DNA of 64,000 nt. It comes from Dehalococcoidia bacterium. Lineage in GTDB: Bacteria; Chloroflexota; Dehalococcoidia; Lucifugimonadales; Australimonadaceae. Shown one piece after another: positions 28,469-38,598 of this stretch (its first letter is position 1; each line of letters opens with the position of its first letter). Made by a program: the position numbers and the translations under genes. Below the pieces are notes generated by a model. It was not told the origin of the DNA. It made no database searches and worked only from the letters and a program-made list of their open reading frames with translations. The stretch spans positions 1,406,368-1,470,367 of the forward strand of contig OZ252088.1 of assembly GCA_965248065.1 (NCBI GenBank), in the 5' to 3' direction.

Positions 28469-28480
28469 GATTGGCCCAGC

Positions 28481-29683
28481 CTAGATGACGTCCGAAGACT
28501 GCATGACGTCCAGTTGCTCGCTGGTGTAACCCGCGACCTCCCGCAGCACTTCGCGGGTGTGCTGCCCGAGCAGCGGGGGCGGAGTGAAGCGCTCCTCATG
28601 GCCCGTCTTGATGGGGTTGCCGGAGGTCTTGATCCGGCCTGCGGCGGGGTGGTCTATCTCGACGAGCATGTTGCGATGTAAGACTTGGGGGTCCTGGAAG
28701 ACGTCGGCGATGTTATTGATGGGCGCGCCGGGGACGTCCCATTCGACGAACAGCGCTTTCCATTCGGCCTGCGTCTTGGCGCCGACGGCCTCGGCCAGCA
28801 GGTCTTCCAGCTCTCCTCGATGCTCCATGCGGCCGCTCGCGGTCCTGAATCGCGGGTCGGTGGGCAGGTCTTCGAAGCCGGGCGCGACGGCGGCCATCAT
28901 GTCGGCCGTCTTGAACCAGAAGGGCTCTGTCGAGCAATGGATCTGGACCCACCGGCCGTCCCTGGCGCGAAATGCCTTGGCCGGGATATTGCTGGGATGA
29001 CCCGAGCCGATAGGGGCAGGAGTCTCGCCCGAGGCGAGGTAGAAAGCGCCGAGGTGGGCTTGGAAGGACACCTGCATGTCCAACATGCTCACGTCTACAC
29101 GCTTGCCCTCCCCAGTGCGCGTCCGCTCGTGGAGCGCGGCGAGCACGCCGAACGCAAGACCCCACCCGCCGCCGACGTCGCCCATTGGAAAGCCCATGTA
29201 GACGGGGTCCTCGCCCGGCCTGCCCGTGACGCTCATCGCGCCGCCCAAAGCCTGGACGACGCCGTCGAATGCAGGCCGCGCCGCGTAAGGGCCATCCTGA
29301 CCGAACCCCGACAGCGACGCGGAGATGATTCGCGGATTGATGGCCTTGAGCGTCTCATGGTCGATGTGCAGGCGCTCCAGTACGCCGGGGCGGAAGTTGT
29401 CGAGGACGACATCGGACTTCGCCATGAGGGCGTAGAAGGCGTCGCGGCCTTCCTCGGAGCGGAGGTTGAGCGTGACGCTCCGTTTGTTGCGGTTGAAGCC
29501 CAGGAAATAGGCGCTTTCGCCATTGAGGAAGTAGGGGCCGAGCTTGCGGGAGGCGTCCCCTGCGCCCGGCTGCTCGATTTTGATGACGTCGGCGCCGAGG
29601 TCTGCCAGCAGTCGGCCTGCGAGCGGGCCGCCAAGGACGGAGGTGAGCTCGAGGATACGGACATCCTCTAAGGGCATGCTCAT
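28481..29683 (-). CDS. family III CoA-transferase (CaiB/BaiF-like)
   Basis: N-terminal LEDVRILELTSVLGGPLAGRLLADLGADVIKIE.PG.GD. Confidence 0.9.
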   Translation of the reverse strand: MSMPLEDVRILELTSVLGGPLAGRLLADLGADVIKIEQPGAGDASRKLGPYFLNGESAYFLGFNRNKRSVTLNLRSEEGRDAFYALMAKSDVVLDNFRPGVLERLHIDHETLKAINPRIISASLSGFGQDGPYAARPAFDGVVQALGGAMSVTGRPGEDPVYMGFPMGDVGGGWGLAFGVLAALHERTRTGEGKRVDVSMLDMQVSFQAHLGAFYLASGETPAPIGSGHPSNIPAKAFRARDGRWVQIHCSTEPFWFKTADMMAAVAPGFEDLPTDPRFRTASGRMEHRGELEDLLAEAVGAKTQAEWKALFVEWDVPGAPINNIADVFQDPQVLHRNMLVEIDHPAAGRIKTSGNPIKTGHEERFTPPPLLGQHTREVLREVAGYTSEQLDVMQSSDVI

Positions 29684-30858
29684 AGGCCCGTCTCGAAGAG
29701 AAAGTCGCCTGACGGGTAGTTCTTGAGAAGGTTGCGAGCGATGACTTGGCGCTGAATCTCGTTCGTGCCCTCGCCGATGATCATCAAGGGAGCGTCTCTG
29801 AAGTAGCGTTCGACAGGCAGGTCTTGGGTGTAGCCCACGCCGCCGTGAATGCGCATCGCTTCCGTGCTGACCGTGAGGCAGGCCTCGCTGGCGAAGAGCT
29901 TGGCCATGCCGGCTTCCAAGTCCACGCGCCGGCCCTCGTCCTTCTTCCGGGCAGCGTCCATCACCAAGAGGTGTGCCGCCTTGACCTGAGTAGCCATGTC
30001 GGCCAGTTTCTGTTGGATGGCTTGATGCTCGGCGATGGGCTTACCGAAGGTCACGCGCTGCTGGGCGTATTGGATTGCCGCTTCGAGGGCGGCGCGCGCC
30101 ACTCCTACGGCGCGGGCCGCGACGTTGATCCGGCCCAGCTCCAGCCCGCCCATCACGTGCCGAAAGCCGTGGCCTTCCTCGTCCCCGAGCAGGTTCGCTC
30201 TGGAGACGCGGTAGTCCTCGAAAGCCAGCTCGGTGGTTTCGACGCCCCGGTAGCCGAGTTTGGGGATGTCGCGCACGACCTCCAGGCCGGGGCCTTTCTC
30301 GCCGAGCAGGATGCTGATGCCGCGATGCTTGGGCTCGGCATTCATGTCAGTCTTGCAGACGATGGCGTAGATGCCGGCGTAGCGGCCGTTGGTGATGAGC
30401 ATCTTTCGACCGTTGACCACATAATCGTCGCCGTCGCGCACCGCCCTCGTTTGGACGGCCGCGACATCGGTGCCCGCGTCGGGCTCGGTGATGCACAGGG
30501 CGGCCCGCTTCTCTCCGGCGGCCATCGCGGGGAGGAAGCGTTCCTTCTGCTCCGGGACGCCGAAGGTCTCGATCATGTGGGCGACGAGCAGGTGGGTGTT
30601 GAGGACGCCGGTAAGGCTCATCCAGCCCTTGGCGAGCTCTTCGATGAGGAGGGCGTAGGTCTCTGCGCCGACGCCGCTGCCGCCGTACTCCTCGGGGATC
30701 GTAGCGCCGAAGAAGCCGAGCTCTCGCATCCGGTCGACGAGGTCCGTGGGGTACTCGTCGGCGTGTTCCAGATCGGTGGCGGCGGGCACGACTTCGCGCT
30801 TCACGAAATCGCGGACTGTCGCGACGAGGGTTTTCTGGTCTTCGGTTAGCTGCGCCAT
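29680..30858 (-). CDS. acyl-CoA dehydrogenase
   Basis: Start trimmed to MAQLTEDQK at 30858; the upstream ATG at 30939 lies inside a palindromic repeat. ALCITEPDAGTDV and GGVGYT...ERYFRDAPLMIIGEGTNEIQ motifs. 4-nt overlap with the CoA-transferase gene. Confidence 0.9.
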   Translation of the reverse strand: MAQLTEDQKTLVATVRDFVKREVVPAATDLEHADEYPTDLVDRMRELGFFGATIPEEYGGSGVGAETYALLIEELAKGWMSLTGVLNTHLLVAHMIETFGVPEQKERFLPAMAAGEKRAALCITEPDAGTDVAAVQTRAVRDGDDYVVNGRKMLITNGRYAGIYAIVCKTDMNAEPKHRGISILLGEKGPGLEVVRDIPKLGYRGVETTELAFEDYRVSRANLLGDEEGHGFRHVMGGLELGRINVAARAVGVARAALEAAIQYAQQRVTFGKPIAEHQAIQQKLADMATQVKAAHLLVMDAARKKDEGRRVDLEAGMAKLFASEACLTVSTEAMRIHGGVGYTQDLPVERYFRDAPLMIIGEGTNEIQRQVIARNLLKNYPSGDFLFETGL

Positions 30859-30937
30859 GTCCTGAAGAGACCGGAGGGTCCGGCGGTCGCGAGTATAGCG
30901 GGTTTCCCCGGCGGCCACGGGAGGGACTCCCTCCGTC

Positions 30938-30957
30938 ATTCCCGCGCAGGCGGGAAT
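30938..30957. repeat. solitary copy of the ATTCCC-N8-GGGAAT palindrome
   Basis: CCGTC-ATTCCCGCGCAGGCGGGAAT-CTCGC lies in the divergent intergenic region between the ACAD and MFS genes. Confidence 0.85.
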
Positions 30958-31031
30958 CTCGCACGGGGGAGAGCTGTCTGTGGAGGAGGCCCGGCGGCCA
31001 CGGACGGGACGTGGTATGTTGCGGCCACCCC

Positions 31032-32306
31032 ATGGCCCAGGCCCAACCCCGCATATCGCGTTTCTGGCCGTTCGACCGTCTCTACTACGGCTGGGCCATC
31101 CTGACGGCCAGCATGCTCTCCGCCGCGGCGAGCGTTCCGATGCAGGGGCCCATCATGGGCGTGTTCCAACGCCCCATTCAAGAGGACCTTGGGTGGTCTT
31201 CCGCATCGATCTCCATCGGCTTCGCGATGGGTTCGGGGATGGGTGGGCTGGGCTCGATGTGGGTGGGGCGGGTGCTCGACCGCCGGGGCCCGCGCCGCGT
31301 GAGCGTGATCGCCGGAGCAATCATCGTTGGCTGCATGATCGGCCTGGCGTCGATGACGCAGTTCTGGCACTTCTGGGGCCTGTTTGGGTTGGCGCGCGGC
31401 ACGGCGGCGGCGGGGGCCCAGCTCGCGACGATGGTGGCGCTGGCGTCCTGGTTCGTGAAGAAGCGAGGACGCGTGGTCGGGCTGTTGGGCGTTGGCCAGC
31501 GAACGGGCCAGGCCATCATGCCGATTCCCATCGGCCTCGTTATAGTGGCGCTTGGGTGGCGGGAGGCGTGGCTGGCGCTGGCGGGATTCGCGTTCCTCGC
31601 AATCGTCCTGCCCAGCGCTGCGTATATGCGGCGCCGGCCCGAGGACTACGGCCTGCTGCCCGACGGACAACCGTCGGTTGAGAAGGCGCCGAGCGACGAT
31701 GTCTCCGATGCTGCGGGCGAGGAGCTATGGACGCTGGCGGAGGCGAGGCGCACCCGCACGCTGTGGGCCCTGATTGTTGGGCAGGCGGCGGTGATCCTTG
31801 CGGTCAACGCGACGAACCTCCACATAATCGCCAGCTTTCAGGACAAAGGCCTCTCGCAAGGCTTGGCGATTTTCGTCGCGACAATCTACCTTACTGTGGC
31901 GGCGCTCTCGGTGTTCGGGTGGGGCTTGGTGATGGAGCGCGTCCACACGCGCTACCTCGCGCTGACGGCCGTCTCGTTCTACTTCGTCGCGATGGTGCTG
32001 GCGGTCGTGACCGCCTCGTTCGCGGTGGCGGTCCTCTTCAGCCTGGCCTACGGGTCCGCGTTGGGAGTGTGGACAGTGGTGAGCCGGATGCTGTTCGCCA
32101 ACTACTTCGGCAGGCGCTCTTTTGGGACCATCAGGGGCTTCGCCGCGCCCATCATGTCGGGCGTGAGCATGATTGGCCCTATCTTCGGGGGGTTTGTGCG
32201 CGACGAGACGGGAAGCTACGACCTAGCCTTCATGATCTTCGCGGGAGTGTTCGTGGTCGCGTTCGCCGCGTTTGCTTTCGCTGCGCCGGCGCGGAAGCCG
32301 GCTTAG
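31032..32306 (+). CDS. MFS transporter (oxalate/formate antiporter-like)
   Basis: Start trimmed to MAQAQPRISRFWPFDRLYYGW. About 12 hydrophobic segments. Confidence 0.8.
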   Translation: MAQAQPRISRFWPFDRLYYGWAILTASMLSAAASVPMQGPIMGVFQRPIQEDLGWSSASISIGFAMGSGMGGLGSMWVGRVLDRRGPRRVSVIAGAIIVGCMIGLASMTQFWHFWGLFGLARGTAAAGAQLATMVALASWFVKKRGRVVGLLGVGQRTGQAIMPIPIGLVIVALGWREAWLALAGFAFLAIVLPSAAYMRRRPEDYGLLPDGQPSVEKAPSDDVSDAAGEELWTLAEARRTRTLWALIVGQAAVILAVNATNLHIIASFQDKGLSQGLAIFVATIYLTVAALSVFGWGLVMERVHTRYLALTAVSFYFVAMVLAVVTASFAVAVLFSLAYGSALGVWTVVSRMLFANYFGRRSFGTIRGFAAPIMSGVSMIGPIFGGFVRDETGSYDLAFMIFAGVFVVAFAAFAFAAPARKPA

Positions 32307-32312
32307 CGCTGG

Positions 32313-32783
32313 CTACGCCTCGCCGGGCGCGAGGTCGCTGGCCCATTCGCCGATCCGTTCGGGCGCCAGGCGCGTCACACCGGGGATGCGGTCGAAGTCC
32401 GCGTCCGTAGAGATGATGCGCGACACGCCCAGCCGAAGCGCGACGGCGGTATGCACGAGGTCGCGTGCGTTGATGCTTGGATGGTCGTCCGCAAGCGTCG
32501 TCGCATGCGAGACATCCCCCGCGTAGACCGGCTCGATGCGTCCATGCATCGCTTCCGCGAAATCGTTGAATACTTCTCTCCCGAGAGGCCACCGTCTGAC
32601 TGAGATGTATCGGTGGATGATCTCTTGAAAAACCTCAGCATCCGTCAGGAACCTGTCAGGGTTCGCAGCGACCACCTGCATGACACGGATGGAGGGTTCC
32701 CGCAGTGGGTGTTCCTGACCGGCAGCGTACATGGGAACGTTGGCGTCGATGAACGCCCGCGGATTAGATCCCCCCTGGTTCAT
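32313..32783 (-). CDS. vapC: PIN-domain toxin
   Basis: Start trimmed to MNQGGSNPRAFIDANVPMYAAG. C-terminal ARDLVHTAVALRLGVSRIISTDADFD. Overlaps the 3-prime end of the RHH gene. Confidence 0.75.
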   Translation of the reverse strand: MNQGGSNPRAFIDANVPMYAAGQEHPLREPSIRVMQVVAANPDRFLTDAEVFQEIIHRYISVRRWPLGREVFNDFAEAMHGRIEPVYAGDVSHATTLADDHPSINARDLVHTAVALRLGVSRIISTDADFDRIPGVTRLAPERIGEWASDLAPGEA

Positions 32784-33015
32784 GGGCAGATTCCAACTGG
32801 CGTGAGAGTTCTTCCGGGTCGGGCATGGCCTCGCCCCTGCGGTTGATGAGCCGTTCGACTGCGCGCTTGATGCGCTCCCGCGAGGCCTCTTCATAGGCGT
32901 CGTCTATGAGGGAGCGCACGACTTCGGAGATCGATATGCCCCGTTGCTCCGCCAGCTCATCGAGCCGGGTGCGGCGCTCCGCGTCCAGACGCACGTCCAA
33001 CCGCGTAGCCGTCAT
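32764..33015 (-). CDS. ribbon-helix-helix (CopG-like) antitoxin, copy 1
   Basis: MTATRLDVRLDAERRTRLDELAEQRGISISEVVRSLIDDAYE is an RHH fold pattern. Confidence 0.8.
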   Translation of the reverse strand: MTATRLDVRLDAERRTRLDELAEQRGISISEVVRSLIDDAYEEASRERIKRAVERLINRRGEAMPDPEELSRQLESAHEPGGI

Positions 33016-33047
33016 GAGAGTCCTCCTTGTGCGGGCGTCAGCCGGCG

Positions 33048-33290
33048 CTACTCCTGTCCGTACTTGTCCCCCAGCTCGCGGCAGAGGGTTTCGGGGTCCG
33101 GCGGGGTTGGCCCGTATGCGCCCGCAATCTCACGGACGGCGCGGCGGCGTTCCAGCATAATCTGTTCGTAGGCGTCGTCTATGAGCGAGCGCACGACTTC
33201 GGAGACAGGTATGCCCCGCCGCTCCGCAAGCTCATCGAGCCGGGTGCGGCGCTCCGCGTCCAGCCGCACGTCCAACCGTGTAGCCGTCAT
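33048..33290 (-). CDS. ribbon-helix-helix protein, copy 2 (tandem paralogue without its own toxin)
   Basis: 39 of the first 42 residues are identical to copy 1. The C-terminal half has diverged. Confidence 0.7.
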   Translation of the reverse strand: MTATRLDVRLDAERRTRLDELAERRGIPVSEVVRSLIDDAYEQIMLERRRAVREIAGAYGPTPPDPETLCRELGDKYGQE

Positions 33291-33352
33291 GTTTGTTCCT
33301 CCTCTATCCTGCCGGTCCTCTCAGCGCGGAATCTCATGTACGGACAATAGCA

Positions 33353-33383
33353 TACGGCAGGGCTTTCGTATAGCCCTGCCGTA
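33353..33383. terminator. 12-bp stem-loop downstream of Rieske paralogue 3
   Basis: TACGGCAGGGCT-ttcgtat-AGCCCTGCCGTA lies 36 nt past the stop at 33419. The T-tract is weak. Confidence 0.35.
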
Positions 33384-33418
33384 CATCTTCCGCTCGTATG
33401 CCGCCCGGGGCGCGCCTT

Positions 33419-34687
33419 CTATCGGACGGCGGCCTCCGGGTACATGTCCGGCTTGAGGGCGGTCCAGTGCTGGTCGGCGGGGAGGATGCGGTCGATGGCG
33501 CGGATGCCGATGAACTCGCCCTGGCTGCCGCGCGGCGCGCCTCCGTCGCTCGCCACCTTGATTGTTTCGAGGAGCAGCTTGCGCATGGCGATGATTGCGC
33601 GGTCGCTGGTGCCGAGGCGCTCATTGCTGCGATCGGCTATGACGCCCATGGTCTCTTGGAGGGCGCGGTCCTGGGTGTTGACGCCAACGATGCCCGTGAA
33701 GTTCTGGGTGCGTTGCATCTGGCGATCGATCAGCCAGTCGTTGCCCTTGTTGCGCTTGGCGACGAAGGTCTTGCGGTCGATGTCGACGTCCCACTCGTTG
33801 CCGGTGCCGGCGAGCCGATGGGCCTTCTCGGGCAAGGGGTTCTCGTCCCAAGTGAAGGTCCAGTTGAAGACCATCGTGTTCTCGTCGTCGATGGGCACCC
33901 AGCAGTGGCCGGAGCTGCGGGGCTGCACCTGCTCGCCGCTGCCGCCGACCTGACCGGCGCGGAGCTGATGGAAGGGCAGGACGTAGTGGTAGGTGCGGAT
34001 GTAGTTGCCCTCGTCCTTGGAGAGGGGGCGGGTGGAGCTGTAGGTGTAGCCGTAGTTAGTCTGCTCGACCTCCAGGTACGGAGCGGTGGAGCGGGAGCGG
34101 AGGAGAGTCTTGTCAGCCAGGTTGTTGTTGTGCAGGAAGGAGGAATGAGAGGTGTCGATGCCTCCCTCAACGGCCTGGACCCAGTTGCAGGTCTGGACCA
34201 GCTTGGTGATGCCCCGGTGAGAATCAGGGACGGTGGTCCACTCGAACGCGGGGGGCGCCGGGACCTTGTCGGCGGGGCCGAGGTAGGCCCAGATGACGTT
34301 GCCGCCCTCCCAGGTCTTGTAGGCGCGGGTCTTCACCTTGTGCTTGAAGTTGCTCTCGGCGGGCTCGTTGGGCTGGTCGACGCAAATGCCGTCGACATCG
34401 AACTTCCAGCCGTGGTAGACGCAGCGCAGTCCCTCCTCCTCGTTCCTGCCGAAGAAGAGGCTGACGCGGCGGTGCGGGCAAGCGTTCGCCAAGAGGCCAA
34501 CGCGGCCCTTGGAGTCGCGGAAGGCGACGAGGTCCTCGCCCACCACCCGAACGCGAACGGGATCGCAGTCGGGCTCGGGCAGCTCGAAGTCCATCATAAT
34601 GGGGATCCAGTAGCGCCGAATCGCGTCGCCCATAGGGGTGCCCGGGCCGACTCGTGTGATGAGGTCGTTATTCTCAACCGAGAGCAT
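33419..34687 (-). CDS. Rieske non-haem-iron oxygenase alpha subunit, paralogue 3
   Basis: CPHRRVSL...CVYHGWKF and DTSHSSFLH motifs. Confidence 0.85.
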   Translation of the reverse strand: MLSVENNDLITRVGPGTPMGDAIRRYWIPIMMDFELPEPDCDPVRVRVVGEDLVAFRDSKGRVGLLANACPHRRVSLFFGRNEEEGLRCVYHGWKFDVDGICVDQPNEPAESNFKHKVKTRAYKTWEGGNVIWAYLGPADKVPAPPAFEWTTVPDSHRGITKLVQTCNWVQAVEGGIDTSHSSFLHNNNLADKTLLRSRSTAPYLEVEQTNYGYTYSSTRPLSKDEGNYIRTYHYVLPFHQLRAGQVGGSGEQVQPRSSGHCWVPIDDENTMVFNWTFTWDENPLPEKAHRLAGTGNEWDVDIDRKTFVAKRNKGNDWLIDRQMQRTQNFTGIVGVNTQDRALQETMGVIADRSNERLGTSDRAIIAMRKLLLETIKVASDGGAPRGSQGEFIGIRAIDRILPADQHWTALKPDMYPEAAVR

Positions 34688-34833
34688 CGCGTGTCCTCCT
34701 GTTCAGTGCATTCAAGGTATCGGAGATTCTACTACCTTTTGGTGTTGCTATGCGTCCAGCCTTGGAGGAACGCTCCGGGAACCCATGCGGACGGCTTGGC
34801 CAGGGGTCGATTGAACTGAGAGCCGTCCGTTGG

Positions 34834-35712
34834 TCAGCTCTTCCTCACCATACGGTTGAGCCAATCGGCCCCGAACGCAACGATGGTCATGATGCCGACG
34901 CCGACGACGAAGACGAGGAGGAGCGACAGGGTGCTGTCCGGGTCGAATCTGTCATCCCACCACTCTCCTATGCTCAGCAAAGTGACCCAGTGTGGGATAT
35001 TCCATTCGGCGAGCAGGAGTTGGCCGTAGATGAAGATGATGATGGCGAGGTAGAACGCGGCGGCGGGGACCGTCCAATACCACCGCACTTTCCCTAGGAT
35101 GATGAGGTAGAGGATCGTGTAGAGCGGTATGGCGACGTGAAAGCCAAGGACCCAAACGCCGAAGAGCAGTCCGGCGGTCGTGCCGAGGAGCATGACCCAG
35201 CGCAAGGCGACGACAACTGGCGAGTCCTCGGTGTCCAAGAACCCGGTGTCCATGATACTGCCCTGCTCCGAGAGGCCGGAGCGGAACAACGAGACCACTC
35301 GCCAGACCCAGAGCGGGAGGCCGAAGCTAACGGCTATCCATGGCAGGAGCTGGGCCCCCAGACCCCAGTCCCGTGATTGCGCGAGCATATAGTAGAAGAA
35401 GACGCCCGTAGCGGCGAGGAGGATGACCTCGCCCATGAACTCTATGGAGAGCAGTTGCCCCCACTTTGACCCGTCGGCTTCGTCGCCGCGCTTCTCGCGG
35501 CTATGGCCCGCGGAGGCCTGCGCAAACCAGAAGAACACGGAGGAGACGGCGAAAAGCACTATGGCTAGAGCCGAGCTGCTTGCTAGCGAGAGCTCCTCCA
35601 GAAAGCCGAATGGCAAGAATTCGAGTATCGCCCATATCCCGCCTAAGGTGAGCGCCCCGACTAGGGTGAGCGTCCCTCCTACGGTTCCCAGGAAGATTGT
35701 TCTTATGGCCAT
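34834..35712 (-). CDS. integral membrane protein in the TctB position (about twice the usual TctB length)
   Basis: 292 aa, about 8 hydrophobic segments. The start overlaps the TctA stop (TGATG). The function is assigned by position only. Confidence 0.55.
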   Translation of the reverse strand: MAIRTIFLGTVGGTLTLVGALTLGGIWAILEFLPFGFLEELSLASSSALAIVLFAVSSVFFWFAQASAGHSREKRGDEADGSKWGQLLSIEFMGEVILLAATGVFFYYMLAQSRDWGLGAQLLPWIAVSFGLPLWVWRVVSLFRSGLSEQGSIMDTGFLDTEDSPVVVALRWVMLLGTTAGLLFGVWVLGFHVAIPLYTILYLIILGKVRWYWTVPAAAFYLAIIIFIYGQLLLAEWNIPHWVTLLSIGEWWDDRFDPDSTLSLLLVFVVGVGIMTIVAFGADWLNRMVRKS

Positions 35713-37250
35713 CAGTCGACCTCTAACCGAGGCTGGGCCGCGGCGTCGTCGGGCTGGACGCCCGCAATCTTGGCAGCGCTGCGCTGGACTCTCATGCCAA
35801 TCACGGCGCCGGCGGCAACGGCGAAGAGGATCGCTATGAACTGCGGGCGCTGGAACATCCCCCAGCCGTACGTGTTTACGGATATCCAGAGATACTTCTC
35901 GACGATCTCGGCAAGGACGATTGCGATGACGATTGGCGGCCTCGGCCAGCCGTACGCCTTCATGAAGAGCCCGAGAATGCCCGCCACCGCGAACAGAACG
36001 AGGTCTCCCATCGACTGCGAGGTCTGGAACACTCCAATCGCGATGATCGCCATCACCAAGGGGAACAGGATGTTCGGAGGGATGACGGTGACTCGCGCAA
36101 TCAGCGGCGCGAACCGCAGCACGATGGGCACCACGATGATGTTCGCGAGGGCGATGGTCCAGACCAACGAGATGGTCAGGTCCAAGTGGTCGCCCAGCAT
36201 GGGCGGTCCCGGCTGGATGCCAACCAGAATGAGCATGGCGAGGATGAGCGCCATTCCGGGGCTGCCCGGAATCGAGAAGAAGAGCGTCGGCACGAGCACG
36301 CCGCCGTCGATGGCGTTGTTGGTCGCTTCAGGAGCGATAACGCCTCGTATGTCACCGGTGCCGAACGACTCCATGGCGCCCTTCTCGGTCTGCCTCGCTT
36401 GGGCGTAGGCAATCCAGTGAGCAGGCACTGCCCCCAAGCCGGGCATCATGCCGACGAAGACGCCAATCAACGAGGAGCGGACAATGAGCCATTTATGGCG
36501 CATCGCCTCCCCCATGCCCTCCTTCACGTCGTCGCCCGTACCCTGCAGCACCTCGTCGAGCCTCTCGGTTGCAATGGCGGTGTTGCTGACGACGAGGTTG
36601 GCCAACTCGGGGATGGCGAACAGACCGAGGAGCATCGGCACGAGGGGCAGACCGTCCCACAAGTAGCCGACGCCCATGTCGGCGCGCACCTGTCCGGTGA
36701 TGGGCGAGAAGCCGATGAGCGCAATCGCAAGGCCGAATGCGGCGGTGAGCAGTCCCTTGACCATCGCGCCGGTGCTCAGCAGGGCGACTGTCGCGATGCC
36801 GAGGAGTCCAAGGAGGAAGAACTCGGCCGAGCCGAAAATCTTCAACACCTCGCGCGCAACCGGCAGAACGGCCATCAGCGCCATGGCCCCGATGATTCCG
36901 CCAATCAGAGACGAGACGTAGACGGCGCCGAGCGCTTGACCGGCTCGCCCTTGGCGGGCCATGGGGTAGCCGTCGATGATCGTCGCCTGGGACCCGCGGG
37001 AGCCGGGCACGCCGATGAGAATCGAAGGGATGGGCTCGGTCGCGTCGTTCGCCGCGGAGTAGAAGACGGCGGCGGGGAGGGCGATGAAGGGGTCGAGCTG
37101 GGAGGCGAAGCTGAGCAGCAGGATGAACACGGGCACGCCGCCCGCAATCATCACGCCGTTGAACAGCGCAATCGGAGTGATGATCGCGAATGCGATGAGC
37201 GGCCCAGGACTGAACAGCTGTTGGGCCGCGCTAACCGTGGCTTCCCACAT
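35712..37250 (-). CDS. tctA: tripartite tricarboxylate transporter large permease TctA
   Basis: 512 aa polytopic protein with typical TctA blocks (GVPGSRGSQATIIDGYPMARQGRAG, GMMPGLGAVPAHWIAYA). Confidence 0.9.
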   Translation of the reverse strand: MWEATVSAAQQLFSPGPLIAFAIITPIALFNGVMIAGGVPVFILLLSFASQLDPFIALPAAVFYSAANDATEPIPSILIGVPGSRGSQATIIDGYPMARQGRAGQALGAVYVSSLIGGIIGAMALMAVLPVAREVLKIFGSAEFFLLGLLGIATVALLSTGAMVKGLLTAAFGLAIALIGFSPITGQVRADMGVGYLWDGLPLVPMLLGLFAIPELANLVVSNTAIATERLDEVLQGTGDDVKEGMGEAMRHKWLIVRSSLIGVFVGMMPGLGAVPAHWIAYAQARQTEKGAMESFGTGDIRGVIAPEATNNAIDGGVLVPTLFFSIPGSPGMALILAMLILVGIQPGPPMLGDHLDLTISLVWTIALANIIVVPIVLRFAPLIARVTVIPPNILFPLVMAIIAIGVFQTSQSMGDLVLFAVAGILGLFMKAYGWPRPPIVIAIVLAEIVEKYLWISVNTYGWGMFQRPQFIAILFAVAAGAVIGMRVQRSAAKIAGVQPDDAAAQPRLEVD

Positions 37251-37344
37251 CTACCTGGCTCCTTCCATACTGCGACCGTCCTACTTTACGTGTGCGGATT
37301 ACGCCGGACCAAGATACGCCGATCTCGGTTGGCTCCCATCTTAG

Positions 37345-38598
37345 TTAATTGACGTTCAGATCGCCGACCCCGCTGATTTCGAGGAGGATATCCTTGACGT
37401 TCTGATCGAGCGCTCGCACCCGCCTGACGATGTCGCGTATCCCCTCGGCCCTTCCGTACCCGTACGAGTTCTCGTATCCCGCGATGATAACCGACTCGAT
37501 GAAAGCGGGGTCGACCATCATCTGGTCGAACTGCGCCTGCCAGTACTGCGTGACGTCGTCGGGTATGCCTGCCGGCATGATGAAGGCCCGGGAGATATCG
37601 GTGATGAGCAGGTTGCCCTGCAGCGCCGCGAGCTGGTCCTTGTTCACGTCGAGGCCGGGCAATTCGAGGAAGGACGGCAGGGGACCGGTGTGGCCGAGCC
37701 GCGCCAGGTATTCGTCGTCGATCGGGTTCTTCACGTAGAACAGGGGCACGAGGCGGCCTTGCTCGATCCACTCCGGGAAGAGGCGCATGGCGGTCTGCTC
37801 CGTACAGCGGCTGGTCACGTCCGTCTCGCCCCGGTCGAAGGCGGCCATGATCTCGGAGCTGCCGCCGTAGCCGTAGACCATCTTGAACGGCCCGCCGTTC
37901 GCCTCCATGAACTCCACGGCGGGATCGTTGCCCGGCGCGGTGGACCCCTTGGTGAGGGGCCGGCCCAGCGCGAGGACTTCTTCCCAGGATGTGGCCACGC
38001 TGCGGTCGACGCAGGTCACGTCGCCGCTGCCGGGTAGGCTCGGCGAGCCCAGGATGTAGATCTCATCCAAGTCGAAGTTGGGGATGTCGCCCACGAGCAC
38101 CTGGCGCTGGAACCATCGAGAGTGTACGGGGCCGATCGTCAGGCCGTCCGGTTCGGAGTCCAAGACTGCCTTCAGGCCGCGGTACTGGCCTGCGCCGGGC
38201 AGGTTCTGCACGATGAATTTGGTGCTATCCGGGAAGTAGCGCTCGCCGATTGCGGCCACCAGACGGCTGAATACGTCGAACCCGCCGCCGGGACTCGTCC
38301 CCGTGATGATCCGGATCGTCTTGCCCCCGAAGTACTCCTCAGCGTCGAAGCCAACAGGAGGCGGAACGGCGGTTGGCGTTGGCGTCGCCTGCGGCGCCGG
38401 GGTCGGCGTTGGCGTTGGCTGAGGGGTGGCGCCGGGCGGGAGCGCAGTGGGTATTGGCGTCGCGGTGGCTTGCGGGGCCGGAATGGGCGTCGCCGTGGGC
38501 CGTGGGGTTGGAGTTGGGTCGCTGCCGCCGCAAGCCACAACCGCCAGAGCAACGGCGAGGGCCATCGCGCAGAATCCGAAATATCGGCTGATGCGCAT
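37345..38598 (-). CDS. tctC: TctC/Bug-family substrate-binding lipoprotein, paralogue 1
   Basis: Start trimmed to MRISRYFG, which has an AGGAGGAAAG RBS. Lipobox VVAC-GG, ~70-aa Pro/Thr linker, TctC core TGTSPGGGFDVFSRL...VQNLPGAGQYRG...PDGLTIG. Confidence 0.8.
   Translation of the reverse strand: MRISRYFGFCAMALAVALAVVACGGSDPTPTPRPTATPIPAPQATATPIPTALPPGATPQPTPTPTPAPQATPTPTAVPPPVGFDAEEYFGGKTIRIITGTSPGGGFDVFSRLVAAIGERYFPDSTKFIVQNLPGAGQYRGLKAVLDSEPDGLTIGPVHSRWFQRQVLVGDIPNFDLDEIYILGSPSLPGSGDVTCVDRSVATSWEEVLALGRPLTKGSTAPGNDPAVEFMEANGGPFKMVYGYGGSSEIMAAFDRGETDVTSRCTEQTAMRLFPEWIEQGRLVPLFYVKNPIDDEYLARLGHTGPLPSFLELPGLDVNKDQLAALQGNLLITDISRAFIMPAGIPDDVTQYWQAQFDQMMVDPAFIESVIIAGYENSYGYGRAEGIRDIVRRVRALDQNVKDILLEISGVGDLNVN

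Noticed and set aside
30859-30939. Longer N-terminus for the acyl-CoA dehydrogenase, starting at the ATG at 30939.
   Set aside because: The extra 27 codons run into the palindromic repeat (30938-30957) and add non-homologous sequence. Typical ACAD N-termini match the MAQLTEDQK start.
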